This document shows positions 51,175 through 61,884 of a DNA stretch of 64,000 nt, in pieces (within the stretch, counting starts at the first letter, position 1; each line of letters opens with the position of its first letter). Under the pieces are notes generated by a model, which ran no database searches, was not told where the DNA came from, and was given only the letters and a program-made list of their open reading frames with translations. The position numbers and the translations under genes are program-made. The stretch is from Bacteroidota bacterium. Its GTDB lineage: Bacteria; Bacteroidota; Bacteroidia; Palsa-948. Location of the stretch: assembly GCA_016213405.1 (NCBI GenBank), contig JACRAM010000116.1:269-64268 (forward strand), read 5' to 3'.

Positions 51175-52081
51175 CCATATCCTTCAGCAAACTATCCAGA
51201 CTGCCAGACGCGGAGGTTAAATTTTTGTATAGCTTATCATCATGCACCAGCATTCCTGCCGAACCCTCCCCTTTATTAATTTTTTCCATAACACCTGAAA
51301 CCTGGCTCAGTGCCTTGTTGGCATTCTCGATGGTGCGTGAAATATTTGCTTTCGCAAGTGTGTCGCTGATGGCGGAAAAGTTTTTTATCGCTGTGGAAAT
51401 ATTGTCATTGTTCGCAGCAAGGTTGGAAGAAATGGATTCAACTTTCGAAAATATAATTGAAAGTTTATACCGCTCGGAAGCAATCATCGTATCCAGGCGC
51501 ATGGCAGTTCGGTCAAATGTTTCGAGAGCGTGCTTGATGCTTTCAAAACTTTTGTTCAGATTTTCCCGTGTGCCTTTATCAAGAACTGCCTGAACAACAA
51601 GCATGATAGAATCAATAGAAGCAATTAATTTTTCCGCTTTGTCTTTTAAAGGTTTAATTGTTGCATTTACTGATTCCTGAAGCGATGGGTCAATTTCTGA
51701 CAAGAGCGTATCTCCATCTTTTACATAGCCATTACTTTTTCCGAGAACCAGTTCAATTGCTTTTGCACCTAATAAATCTGAACTAACAATTTTTGCAACT
51801 GTTCCTTTTGTGATGTGAAGTTTCTGGTCGGAGATTGCCATCGTTACAAGAAGCCGCCCGGTTGTATCCAGCAGTTCAATCTTTTTTATTCTTCCCACTT
51901 TGAATCCGTTCACCTGAACGGGATTTGATTCAACAATTCCGCTCACCTGAGGATAAATTGCGTAGTAAATATCGCGACTGGAAAAAACATCTTTCCCTTT
52001 CAGAAAATTAAATCCGTAAACAAAAATGGCAAGGGAAATGACAACAAGGATACCTGTTTTTATTTCTTTGGAGATTTTCAT
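51110..52081 (-). CDS. mlaD: MCE/MlaD-family protein
   Basis: N-terminal TM helix, then the MCE domain (VNGFKVGRIKKIEL...). Start taken at MKISKEIKTGILVV; the track ORF is extended upstream through a Cys-rich segment. Confidence 0.75.
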   Translation of the reverse strand: MKISKEIKTGILVVISLAIFVYGFNFLKGKDVFSSRDIYYAIYPQVSGIVESNPVQVNGFKVGRIKKIELLDTTGRLLVTMAISDQKLHITKGTVAKIVSSDLLGAKAIELVLGKSNGYVKDGDTLLSEIDPSLQESVNATIKPLKDKAEKLIASIDSIMLVVQAVLDKGTRENLNKSFESIKHALETFDRTAMRLDTMIASERYKLSIIFSKVESISSNLAANNDNISTAIKNFSAISDTLAKANISRTIENANKALSQVSGVMEKINKGEGSAGMLVHDDKLYKNLTSASGSLDSLLKDMDEHPKRYFSVFGRDKGKKKKK

Positions 52082-52243
52082 ACTACTGAAAACGCAATGC
52101 TTAGAATTTAGTTCACAAATATACAAAGAAAAAAATGAGCGGAATTCACTAATACGGATTTTGTAAACTGGCTGTTGAAATGGTAATTGACAGCAGTTCA
52201 CCAATTATAAAAAGCATAACTTAGCATAGAAAATTATTGTTTA

Positions 52244-53047
52244 ATGATTTCAGAAAAGAATCCTAAACTTCTTCAGAAAGAGCTAAGAAAAAAAATTCTC
52301 GATTTGCATTTTTCTGCAAATGCAGGACATATTGGTTGTTCTCTGAGTTGCATAGATATATTAATTGCCACATTGGTTCTTCAAAAGAAAGAAGATGATA
52401 TTTTTATTTTGTCGAAAGGACACGCAGCTTCAGCCTTATATGTTTGTTTGAATCATCTTGGTGAAATTTCAAATGAACAATTAAAAACTTTTTATAAAAA
52501 TGGCACTGCACTTCCTGCGCATCCTGCTCCGCAAAAATTTAAAAGCATTCCATTTGGTATTGGTTCGCTGGGACATGGATTTTCATTGGGAGCAGGTGTT
52601 GCAAAAGCAAAAAAAATATCTGAAGAAACTGGATTTGTATTTGTCGTAATGTCAGATGGGGAAACAAATGAAGGAACAACCTGGGAGGCAGGACATTTTG
52701 CGCGTCAACATAAGCTGGATAATCTTTTACTTTTTGTGGATAAAAATAAATTGCAGGGCTTTGGAGAAACTAAAGATGTTCTCGGAGATACATGCAAAGA
52801 AGAAAGCTGGACAGCTCTTGGTTTTGATGTTTATACTGTTGATGGACATAACATTGAAGAGATAATAAATAAGATGGAGATTATTAAACAATCAAAAAAT
52901 GACAGTCCTAAAATCATCATTGCGGAAACTATAAAAGGGAAGGGAGTTTCATTTATGGAAAATAAATTAGATTGGCATTATTTGCCTATGTCAGCAGAAT
53001 TATATCAAAGAGCATTAAAAGAGATTTTGGAAAAATATTCCTTATAA
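52244..53047 (+). CDS. Transketolase, N-terminal (TPP/PP-binding) subunit
   Basis: ANAGHIGCSLSCIDIL, GSLGHGFSLGAGVA and DGETNEGTTWEA are transketolase N-terminal motifs. 267 aa, so a split enzyme. Confidence 0.85.
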   Translation: MISEKNPKLLQKELRKKILDLHFSANAGHIGCSLSCIDILIATLVLQKKEDDIFILSKGHAASALYVCLNHLGEISNEQLKTFYKNGTALPAHPAPQKFKSIPFGIGSLGHGFSLGAGVAKAKKISEETGFVFVVMSDGETNEGTTWEAGHFARQHKLDNLLLFVDKNKLQGFGETKDVLGDTCKEESWTALGFDVYTVDGHNIEEIINKMEIIKQSKNDSPKIIIAETIKGKGVSFMENKLDWHYLPMSAELYQRALKEILEKYSL

Positions 53048-53178
53048 TTTTTATAAATGTTGCTCTGTCGTGCAATGAAAAATGAGTGACATCTTGCACC
53101 TTTGCAGATTTTTATGTATAATTTTGTCCAAGCCAGATGTTCTAATTGATGCTTAAACACTCATTGGTATAAACCCTC

Positions 53179-54816
53179 ATGAATATACTACAAAGAAATA
53201 AAAAAAATGTTATTATTTTTTTGCTCCTGCTTTTTATTTCCATCCTTGCTTATAGAAATGTTTTTGGCATATTAATTTCTACAGATTTTTATCCTATGCT
53301 ATACTTTTTTGAAAAGTATGGGCTTGATGCAATATCAAATAATTTTTATGAACCAGGGATACAGCATTTTTTTGTACATCTTGTATTTTTTTTTCTATAT
53401 CATATTTTTGGAATCAGCAACACAGGATGGATTGGGTTTTTTGTTCTAGTTCATTGCTTAAATGCATTCTTGCTCTATAAAATCACAAATGAATTATGCA
53501 ATATTTTTTTGGTTGTTAAAAAAACGTTGTTGTCATTTTTCGCCTCCTTGATTTTTTTATTGTCTCCTTATCAAGTCGAAGCCGTGCTTTGGTCGTTTGC
53601 TTATCCCTTTGCTGTTTTCCTGATGTTGCTTGGATTGCTTTTAACCATTTATTATTTAAAAGAAAATAAAATTTATTTTCTAGTCGCAGTACAAATTTGT
53701 TTTGCTTTAGCGCTATTGTCGTTTGAATCTACAATAATACTTCCTGTTATCTGTTTCCTTTTTTATTTTCTTTTTAAAAATACACCTTACAGGATTAATT
53801 CCTTTTATAACTATATTTTCATAGTAATCTTCCCTCAGATAATAATTATTTTTCTTTATTTTTCCATGTCCAAATTATATACTGGAGATTGGATCGGGCA
53901 CTATGGTGCGGCTGTTCATTTGAAATTTTCACCTATTCTTATCGCTACTAATCTGATAAAATATTTTGTAAAATTTTTTTTATTCTATCGTTTTTTGCCT
54001 TTAGAAAGGCAAAGTATTATCCACGATTACCTTCATATTAATATACATAATACTTTTACTGTTTTGATATTAATTATTTTTTGTGCATTTATTTTTTCAA
54101 TATTTTTTTGGAGAATAATCAAACAAAGAGATTCACTGGGAAAACTTATAGTATTTACTTTTTTTACTTTCATCATCTCTTTGATTCCGGTAATAAATTT
54201 AGATACTACTTTTATAGGCGCAATTGCTTCGGATAGATATGGATATCTGCCTTCGGTATTTTTTTATTCTTTTTTCTCTTTCAGTATTTATTATTTGTTA
54301 AAAAGATTTTGGATTATCATTTTAACGGGTTTGTCAGCACTTTGTTTCACCCTGCTTTCAAATATATTGTGTGTTTGGATTGATGCCAGCAATTATTCTA
54401 AAAACCTGATTAAGAATTTTGAGCCGTGGTTGTCAAAAACAAATATTTATATGCTCAATATGCCTGATAATTATAATTGGGTATTTACTTTCAGTGGCGG
54501 TTTTAAGGAAGCAATCTATTTTAAGTATCACAAAGAAATCCCCCCGTTAAATATTATATCTGCCTATTGCATGACCAGCGTCAGTGACTCTATATTGATT
54601 GACAGAATTGATTCAAATACCCTTTTTGTTTCATCTCATAATGCTCAAAGAGCATTTTTGTTTGGCGGCAGATGGCTGCAGTCATTTAAAGCTAAAATGT
54701 ATGATGTGGATATTAATGAAGCTTCTTCTTCTTTTACCATAAGGTTTAATAAATTACCTGACGATGCAACTATTTTGTATGTTGCCGGTGATAAGTGGAG
54801 GGAACTAAAACTCTAA
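53179..54816 (+). CDS. Polytopic membrane protein (about 12 TM), putative GT-C-type glycosyltransferase
   Basis: Highly hydrophobic 545-aa protein. Its context next to a polyprenyl-P-sugar synthase suggests a lipid-linked-donor glycosyltransferase. Confidence 0.4.
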   Translation: MNILQRNKKNVIIFLLLLFISILAYRNVFGILISTDFYPMLYFFEKYGLDAISNNFYEPGIQHFFVHLVFFFLYHIFGISNTGWIGFFVLVHCLNAFLLYKITNELCNIFLVVKKTLLSFFASLIFLLSPYQVEAVLWSFAYPFAVFLMLLGLLLTIYYLKENKIYFLVAVQICFALALLSFESTIILPVICFLFYFLFKNTPYRINSFYNYIFIVIFPQIIIIFLYFSMSKLYTGDWIGHYGAAVHLKFSPILIATNLIKYFVKFFLFYRFLPLERQSIIHDYLHINIHNTFTVLILIIFCAFIFSIFFWRIIKQRDSLGKLIVFTFFTFIISLIPVINLDTTFIGAIASDRYGYLPSVFFYSFFSFSIYYLLKRFWIIILTGLSALCFTLLSNILCVWIDASNYSKNLIKNFEPWLSKTNIYMLNMPDNYNWVFTFSGGFKEAIYFKYHKEIPPLNIISAYCMTSVSDSILIDRIDSNTLFVSSHNAQRAFLFGGRWLQSFKAKMYDVDINEASSSFTIRFNKLPDDATILYVAGDKWRELKL

Positions 54817-54822
54817 ATAATT

Positions 54823-56799
54823 ATGAAATTAGACAAACAAATTAATAATGCTGGTGTTCAAAATACACTTGCATTTTTTCTATTTGCTGTCAGTGTTAGT
54901 TCCTCTGTTTCTTGTTTGCTATATTTATTGTTTTATCATTACTCATCCTATTTTTGGTCATTTAATGAAAAAATCCCTTACTCAGAAGCACTTCCATATA
55001 TTCGATTACATTTCAAGGAGCATGATGGTATTGAAGGATACGTTCTTTATGTTATGATGTTTGTGAATATTATTATTTCGTTTTTATCAGTCAGCTTTTT
55101 TTTATACTTGAAAAATAAATTTGTTAAATCAATTCTGATTCTATTATTGATATTTATTTCTTCCTTTTTTTTTATTAAAATAGGTTTTTATCCACCCATG
55201 AGTGCTACATCAAACAGTGCATTTATTTTATTAATAGTTCCTATTCTTGTTTGCCTGCTTTTCTTCATTGCTTTGAAAATATTCGAACGGATGTCCACAT
55301 TATTTAATTGCATCTTTATTGTTCTTCTTATTCCTATTTGTTTCATTGCAATTTCTCCTATAGTTGTTTATGATTATTCATTTCTGTTCTTTCCAGCTAT
55401 TAGAATATTGAATGGATTTGGTATTTCTGAAATATATTTCAGGTATGATGTATTATTATCACTTATTGCTTTTCTCTGGATGAAATTACATATTAATATA
55501 AATTACTTTCAAATAGTTGGACAGGTTTCCTATTTCCTTTTTTTTATAGGACTTTTTTTCTTTTCGAAGTCTCTTTTTATAAATAAAAAATTATCTGTTT
55601 CCTTGCTTGTGTTGGTAGTGATTATTAAATATTTCGCTTTAGGAAGTGATCCAATATCAGTTTTTGAAATAACCCCATTAAGGTTAGACTTATGGATACT
55701 CATTCTTTTTTTTATTTATGAAAAAGGTGTTTATCATTGGACCGTTGGGTTTATAACAGGTCTCCTCGTGCTTCTTCATAAAAACTTTGGGATAATATAT
55801 CTCGCTTCATACATTGAGTTATGCGGAATTCTTTTTTTAGCAGACATTTTAAAAAAACCATTTATGAGTACGAATTTTTATGCATTAATGAAAATAATAG
55901 TTAAAAAACATTTTATTTTAAATAGTAAAAACTTTTTAATATTAGTTGCATTTGCGCTTTTTTCAATTTATTTATTTAACGGATTAATTTTGGGGAGTGC
56001 CCTTGATTTTCAAAAAATTGGAATCGGATTTCTTCCTATTGCGCCAAATTCTTTCTATTGGTATTTTCCAATAATTTCAAGTATGACAGTTTTGTTTTTA
56101 TATAAAAACAAACCTCTGCTATCGGAGAGGTATTTTTCTACATCTCTTTTTATTGTCTTGCTGGCAATAGGAAATTCAATGTATTTTTTTGGAAGAAGCC
56201 ACGAGAATAATATAATAAACATATCTGGTATTTTACTTTTGAATTTATTTTTGCTGTTTGATCTTTTGAACATAAGTGCAAAACATTTTTTTATCGACTC
56301 CCTTGTGAGAAAAGAACGAGATAGTCAAAAAATATCTAACAATAGAATGCGTAGATTAATGATTCCTAATATATCAGTTTGCTTGCCTGTAATAATGATT
56401 CTTCTTTCTTCATTCTATTATTCCAATGCAATACTAACAGAGTTAAAAGACAAAGCACATTATTTAAAAGAGATGAAATTTATTCAACCCATAAATGGGA
56501 TTCCTTCGTGTAATGATTTTGCTGTAATAAAAAAAATAACCAACAATAGTTTAAAGGTTTATTTTCTTGAATATGATAATTTTGTTTATTACTATTATGG
56601 AAACTATACGCCTATCGGGTATTATAATCCATCTGGTGCCTGGATTTTCAAAAAAGATTTTGTGGCTTTTCTCCAGAACCTTCTGAAAAATAATTATTAC
56701 CTTGTAATTTCGAATCCGCTGGATGCTTCAGAACTACTACCATATTTAAAGTATACTAGAACAATCACTGAGAATAAATACACAGCGATAAAATTGTAG
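54823..56799 (+). CDS. Polytopic membrane protein (658 aa), paralog of the next gene; putative GT-C-type glycosyltransferase
   Basis: Shares with the 680-aa neighbour the motifs DGIEGYVLYVMMF, HENNIINISGILLLNLFLLFDL and YYYYGNYTPIGYYNP. Confidence 0.4.
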   Translation: MKLDKQINNAGVQNTLAFFLFAVSVSSSVSCLLYLLFYHYSSYFWSFNEKIPYSEALPYIRLHFKEHDGIEGYVLYVMMFVNIIISFLSVSFFLYLKNKFVKSILILLLIFISSFFFIKIGFYPPMSATSNSAFILLIVPILVCLLFFIALKIFERMSTLFNCIFIVLLIPICFIAISPIVVYDYSFLFFPAIRILNGFGISEIYFRYDVLLSLIAFLWMKLHININYFQIVGQVSYFLFFIGLFFFSKSLFINKKLSVSLLVLVVIIKYFALGSDPISVFEITPLRLDLWILILFFIYEKGVYHWTVGFITGLLVLLHKNFGIIYLASYIELCGILFLADILKKPFMSTNFYALMKIIVKKHFILNSKNFLILVAFALFSIYLFNGLILGSALDFQKIGIGFLPIAPNSFYWYFPIISSMTVLFLYKNKPLLSERYFSTSLFIVLLAIGNSMYFFGRSHENNIINISGILLLNLFLLFDLLNISAKHFFIDSLVRKERDSQKISNNRMRRLMIPNISVCLPVIMILLSSFYYSNAILTELKDKAHYLKEMKFIQPINGIPSCNDFAVIKKITNNSLKVYFLEYDNFVYYYYGNYTPIGYYNPSGAWIFKKDFVAFLQNLLKNNYYLVISNPLDASELLPYLKYTRTITENKYTAIKL

Positions 56800-56910
56800 G
56801 GAATTAATATTCCAATACGGCTGCAAAATTAGATTTGTCTATTGCAGACGAAGAATATCAAAAAGTGCTAATTTCTTTCAGAAAAATATTCGTAATAACA
56901 CATCTAAATT

Positions 56911-58953
56911 TTGATTGATTTCTCCAAGATATTGCCTCTGTTTTCAATCTTGATTCTATCAGGTTATTTTTTTTTAAAGAAGAAAAATTTTTCTGACCCT
57001 TTATCATTTCATGGATTTAATAGATTTTCCACAGCTGAACTAATAGTTATTTGCTCTTCAGTTACTGCTATCCTATACTTTCTGTTTAATAAATACTCTA
57101 CTTTTTTTTGGTCATTCCATCAAAAAATCCCAAGTACAGATGTAATGCCTTTTTGGCGTGATTCAATTAATCAATATGACGGCATTGAAGGATATGTGTT
57201 ATATATTCTGATGTTTTTGAATATCATCTTTGCGTTCGTTTTTATTCACATAATTTCATATTTGAAAAATAATTTTCAAAGAACTATTCTGTTTTCTGTA
57301 TTAATTCTTATAACTTCTTTTTTATATCTGAGCGTGGGTTTTAATCCACCCCTAAATGAACCATCTGAAAAAATTAACATTGCAGTTGGTGTTCCCTTAG
57401 TTACTTCTTTGATATTATTTATTTCATTATGGATTTATGGAAAAAGCTCCCAAACATTTAATTTCATTTTTATTATTTGCCTAATACCAGTTTGTTTTGT
57501 TGCAATCAGTCCAATAAGTATTTGGGATTATTCACTTATACTTTCCCCATCTCTTCGGATGCTGAATGGAGCCCGCCTTTCTGACATATATTGTCCTTAT
57601 GATTTATTTTTATCTTTTATTGGAGTTTTATGGATGAAATTAAAATTTGACATTAATTATCTTCAAATTCTGGCGCAGGCATCTTTTTTTATTTTTTTCA
57701 TAAGCACATTTTTCTTCTTCAAAAAATTATTCATTAATAAAACACTTTCTGTTTTTCTTTTGCTTCTTTATGTAATTATCAAGTATTACGTAATTTGTCA
57801 TGATCCATCAATTTTATTGGCAGTTACCCCATTGCGATTAGATTTATGGATAATTATTTTAGTGCTTCTTTTTTGGAAAGGAGTTTATCATTGGGCGGTT
57901 GGATGTGCCCTTGGTTTATTAATATTAATTCACAGAAATTTTGGAATTATTTATTTGTTCTCCTATATTGAACTTTGTGCAATTCTATTTTTTATAGATA
58001 TATGGGGAATATTTTTGATAAAGAAAAATGTTTTATTAAGTATTAATGAAACAATAAAAAAACATTTTTTTTCTAATATCATTAATATTTTGATAATACT
58101 TGGATTTGCATCTTATACCGCTTATTTGCTAAATGGACTATCTCCGAAAAGTGCGCTCTTATTTCAAAAAACAGGAATAGGTATGCTGCCTATTTCAATT
58201 AATTCTTTTTATTGGTTTTTCCCAATTATTTCAAGTATGTCAGCTTGTTTGTTATTTAAACAAAAAAATAAATTGTCGAAACAATATTTTTCTTCATCAC
58301 TTTTTATAATTCTGCTTGCAATAGGTAATTCACTTTATTTTTTTGGAAGAAGCCATGAAAATAACATTATCAATATTTCAGGAATTCTGCTTTTGAATTT
58401 ATTTTTGCTTTTTGATTTGCCCGTACAAAATGAAAAAAAATATGCATTTATGTTTGGATGGGGTATAAAATTTAATTTGATTTTTGGAATCAAAACTTTT
58501 TTATTGCCATTTATCCTTCTTTTGCTTTCTTCTTCTTATTATTCAGACAGGATAATTTGGAGAATAAAAGATCAGGCGCATAATATTAAGCAGTGGACAA
58601 TTATTCCGCATTTTAGCGGTGTTCCTGCTGAGAAGGACTTTTTTGCAATAAAAAAGATTTCCAATAATAGTTCACTGGTTTATTTCTTAGATTATCAAAA
58701 TGATTTTGTTTATTATTATTACGGAAATTATGCTCCAGTTGGCTACTTCAATCCCTGCTCCTCTTGGCTTTTAAAAAAAGATTTTATAATTTTTATAAAT
58801 AATCTTTTAGCAAATGGATATTATGTTGTTACAACTAATTCAGAAGACATTTCTGAATTATTGCCATATTTAGACTTTAATAAAAAACAAGAAGATGGCG
58901 TATACACTTCTTATAAGAAAGATAAAATTCCTGCTTTTGAGTTAATTCACTAA
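56911..58953 (+). CDS. Polytopic membrane protein (680 aa), tandem paralog of the previous gene
   Basis: Same conserved blocks as the 658-aa protein (DGIEGYVLYILMF, FFGRSHENNIINISGILLLNLFLLFDL, YYYYGNYAPVGYFNP). Confidence 0.4.
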   Translation: MIDFSKILPLFSILILSGYFFLKKKNFSDPLSFHGFNRFSTAELIVICSSVTAILYFLFNKYSTFFWSFHQKIPSTDVMPFWRDSINQYDGIEGYVLYILMFLNIIFAFVFIHIISYLKNNFQRTILFSVLILITSFLYLSVGFNPPLNEPSEKINIAVGVPLVTSLILFISLWIYGKSSQTFNFIFIICLIPVCFVAISPISIWDYSLILSPSLRMLNGARLSDIYCPYDLFLSFIGVLWMKLKFDINYLQILAQASFFIFFISTFFFFKKLFINKTLSVFLLLLYVIIKYYVICHDPSILLAVTPLRLDLWIIILVLLFWKGVYHWAVGCALGLLILIHRNFGIIYLFSYIELCAILFFIDIWGIFLIKKNVLLSINETIKKHFFSNIINILIILGFASYTAYLLNGLSPKSALLFQKTGIGMLPISINSFYWFFPIISSMSACLLFKQKNKLSKQYFSSSLFIILLAIGNSLYFFGRSHENNIINISGILLLNLFLLFDLPVQNEKKYAFMFGWGIKFNLIFGIKTFLLPFILLLLSSSYYSDRIIWRIKDQAHNIKQWTIIPHFSGVPAEKDFFAIKKISNNSSLVYFLDYQNDFVYYYYGNYAPVGYFNPCSSWLLKKDFIIFINNLLANGYYVVTTNSEDISELLPYLDFNKKQEDGVYTSYKKDKIPAFELIH

Positions 58954-58956
58954 CAT

Positions 58957-60951
58957 GTGATAATGGCTGCATCAAATAATGTCATTGAAGAAAAGATTAA
59001 TTTCCTGAAAGGACCCATTTTTATTTTTGGTTCCAGCGGATTTATTGGCGCTAATCTATTAGATGTGATCTTAAAATACCGAAAGGATTGCTATGCAATC
59101 ACTCATGATGTGAGACACGCATGGCGTCTTAAGCTTCTGAATATTCCTCCTGAAAATATTTTATATTGTGATTTACTTATTAAAAATTCTGTTATTGAAC
59201 TTTTAGAAAGAAATAAGCCGCAAACTATTTTTAATCTTGCAGCGTACGGTAGCTATTCAAAAGAGAACGAAGTCGGCTTGATTTATGAAACTAACCTGAT
59301 TGGAACATTAAATATCTTACAGCATCTCGGGCAGATTGCTGCCTATGTTCATGCAGGAAGTAGTTCAGAATACGGATTGAATTCTGAAAGCCCTTTTGAG
59401 AATGATGAGATGATCCCCAACAGCCATTATGCAGTTTCAAAAGTTTCAACTGGATATTTATTAAAACATTACGGCAAAATTCATCAGTTGCCGGTTGTCA
59501 ATTTGAGATTGTATTCTGTGTATGGACCATGGGAAGAACCAGATCGATTTATTCCACAACTCATAGAAAATGCAAAGCAAAAAAAACTGCCCGTTTTGGT
59601 TTCTCCTTACATAAGCCGGGATTTTTTATTCATTGATGATTGTATTGTTGCTTTTATAAATGCAGCTTACTATATGAATTCCTCTTTATATGGGGAGTCG
59701 ATTAATATAGGTACGGGAAAAAAAAATACTATCAAAGAAACTGTAGATTATGTGATTGAATTATTTGGGCTGAACATTCAGGCGAATTGGGGAAGTATGC
59801 CTGATAGGAAATGGGATTTGAAAAACTGGTACGGCAATTATGAGAAAGCAAATCGCTTACTATTCTGGCATCCAACAGTTGAATTAAAAGAAGGATTGTT
59901 AAAAACGAGCCAGTGGCAGGATTCGCAAAATTATTCTTCAACAATACTTCCGGCATTTCAAGAACCGAAACAGGTTAATAAAATTTCCTGCGTGATTGCC
60001 TGCTATAAAGATGAACCGGCAATCACTATTATGTATGAGCGGCTTAAAAAGGTATTTTCAGAACTGAAAATCAGGTATGAAATAATTTTTGTCAACGATG
60101 CTTCTCCAGACAATTCCCAGCAAGTGTTATCGGAAATTTGTAATAACGATTCAGATGTTGTTGCAATTACTCATTCCAGAAATTTTGGTTCTCAATCAGC
60201 ATTTTTAAGCGGAATGGAAATATCAACCGGTGATGCAGTAGTTCTTATGGATGGCGATTTGCAAGACCCGCCTGAAATTATTCCCCGCATGTATGAAAAA
60301 TGGATTGCTGGCAATGAAGTAGTGTATGGAAGGCGTGTAAAAAGAGAAGCATCGGCATTCATGAACGCATCTTATAAATTATTTTATAAAATTTTCAGTC
60401 GCTTATCTTATGTAGATATTCCATCAGATGCCGGAGATTTTTCAATGATAGACAGGAAGGTAGTAAATGAGTTGCTGAAACTTCCGGAGAAAGATCAATT
60501 CCTGCGCGGGCTCAGAGCATGGGTTGGATTCTCGCAAACGGGAGTTGACTATGTTCGACCAGAAAGAATGTTTGGTAAAAGCACTAACAATTGGAGAAAA
60601 AATATTTGGTGGGCAAAAAAAGCAATGTTCTCTTTCAGTTTCATCCCGCTTGAAATTTTAAGTTATATGGGATTTATTTTAACAGGGATTTCTTTTTTGG
60701 CGCTTATTGCTCAGATAATAATTAGATTTCTTTATCCTGACATACCTCATGGAGTAACTACAATTATTGTTCTGATATTATTTTTTGGCGGAGTGCAGCT
60801 TTTAGCCATATCTATATTGGGAGAATATCTATCCAAGGTTTTTGAAGAAACGAAAGGACGCCCAAAGTTCATCAGAAGATCAGTCATTTACAAAGGGAAA
60901 AAATTGGAAACCCCTTCTGAAATTCAAAGTTTAGTTAATGTGGTGAAGTAA
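58957..60951 (+). CDS. Fusion protein: NAD-dependent epimerase/dehydratase (SDR) domain plus GT2 polyprenyl-phosphate glycosyltransferase (ArnC/DPM1/GtrB-like) with C-terminal TM helices
   Basis: N-terminal Rossmann FGSSGFIGANL and YAVSK. C-terminal GT2 region with ISCVIACYKDE, FVNDASPDNS and MDGDLQDPPE, followed by two TM helices. Confidence 0.75.
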   Translation: MIMAASNNVIEEKINFLKGPIFIFGSSGFIGANLLDVILKYRKDCYAITHDVRHAWRLKLLNIPPENILYCDLLIKNSVIELLERNKPQTIFNLAAYGSYSKENEVGLIYETNLIGTLNILQHLGQIAAYVHAGSSSEYGLNSESPFENDEMIPNSHYAVSKVSTGYLLKHYGKIHQLPVVNLRLYSVYGPWEEPDRFIPQLIENAKQKKLPVLVSPYISRDFLFIDDCIVAFINAAYYMNSSLYGESINIGTGKKNTIKETVDYVIELFGLNIQANWGSMPDRKWDLKNWYGNYEKANRLLFWHPTVELKEGLLKTSQWQDSQNYSSTILPAFQEPKQVNKISCVIACYKDEPAITIMYERLKKVFSELKIRYEIIFVNDASPDNSQQVLSEICNNDSDVVAITHSRNFGSQSAFLSGMEISTGDAVVLMDGDLQDPPEIIPRMYEKWIAGNEVVYGRRVKREASAFMNASYKLFYKIFSRLSYVDIPSDAGDFSMIDRKVVNELLKLPEKDQFLRGLRAWVGFSQTGVDYVRPERMFGKSTNNWRKNIWWAKKAMFSFSFIPLEILSYMGFILTGISFLALIAQIIIRFLYPDIPHGVTTIIVLILFFGGVQLLAISILGEYLSKVFEETKGRPKFIRRSVIYKGKKLETPSEIQSLVNVVK

Positions 60952-60972
60952 ACAGCACAACCTGAAAAATTC

Positions 60973-61872
60973 ATGACTACCTATATTGAAAAAATATGTT
61001 TGTTATGTGGGAATAATAAAAATGTAAAAATAAAATTTGAACAAAACTTTAAAACGGAAAATATAAACTCGAAAACATTTTCTGCACGAAGAGTTTCTGA
61101 GCATTACCATTACCGTATTCTTGAATGCAGTGTATGCGGTTTAGTATTTTCTTCCCCCATTCTTCCATTTGATGAAATAAGCAAGCTGTATAAAGAAAGC
61201 CGTCAAACCTACGATGAAGAAACAAATGATATTGCATATTCATATATGTTATATATAAATCAAAACAGCAATTTATTTAAACGTGGCAGAGTTTTGGAAG
61301 TAGGATGCGGCAATGGTTTTTTTCTGAATTCGTTAAAAAAAAATGGATTCAAAGAAGTGCATGGCGTTGAACCATCTGAGGAAGCGGTTGCAAAAGCTGG
61401 AGAATTTCGCTCATTGATTTTAAATAGTATGATAGAAACTGAAAATTACCCGGAAAACTATTTTGATTTAATTTGTTGTTTTCAAACTCTTGATCATTTA
61501 GCGAACCCATTTGAGATGCTGAAAAGATTTTATCGTTTGCTTTTGCCTGGAGGCATGGTTTATATCATTGTTCACAATCAAAAAGGAATGCAGGCAAAAG
61601 TTTTTGGAGAAAAATCTCCTATATATGATGTTGAGCACATTTATCTTTTCAATAAAAATACTTTATCGCATCTTTGTATGTTGGCTGGATTTCAGGTTGT
61701 GAAAATATTTAGTATTAAAAATATTTATTCATTATCTTATTGGATTAAAATGACTCCGCTTCCATTCAAAACGATTTTGTCTAAACTTGTTTCTTTAATC
61801 GGAATGGCAAATTTTAAAGTCGGAATTCATCCCGGAAACATTGGAATATTCATTCAAAAACCAGAACTGTAA
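60973..61872 (+). CDS. Class I SAM-dependent methyltransferase with an N-terminal zinc ribbon
   Basis: CLLCGN...CSVCG zinc ribbon. SAM-binding motif VLEVGCGNGFF. Methyltransf_23-like. Confidence 0.7.
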   Translation: MTTYIEKICLLCGNNKNVKIKFEQNFKTENINSKTFSARRVSEHYHYRILECSVCGLVFSSPILPFDEISKLYKESRQTYDEETNDIAYSYMLYINQNSNLFKRGRVLEVGCGNGFFLNSLKKNGFKEVHGVEPSEEAVAKAGEFRSLILNSMIETENYPENYFDLICCFQTLDHLANPFEMLKRFYRLLLPGGMVYIIVHNQKGMQAKVFGEKSPIYDVEHIYLFNKNTLSHLCMLAGFQVVKIFSIKNIYSLSYWIKMTPLPFKTILSKLVSLIGMANFKVGIHPGNIGIFIQKPEL

Positions 61873-61884
61873 TAAATTTATTTA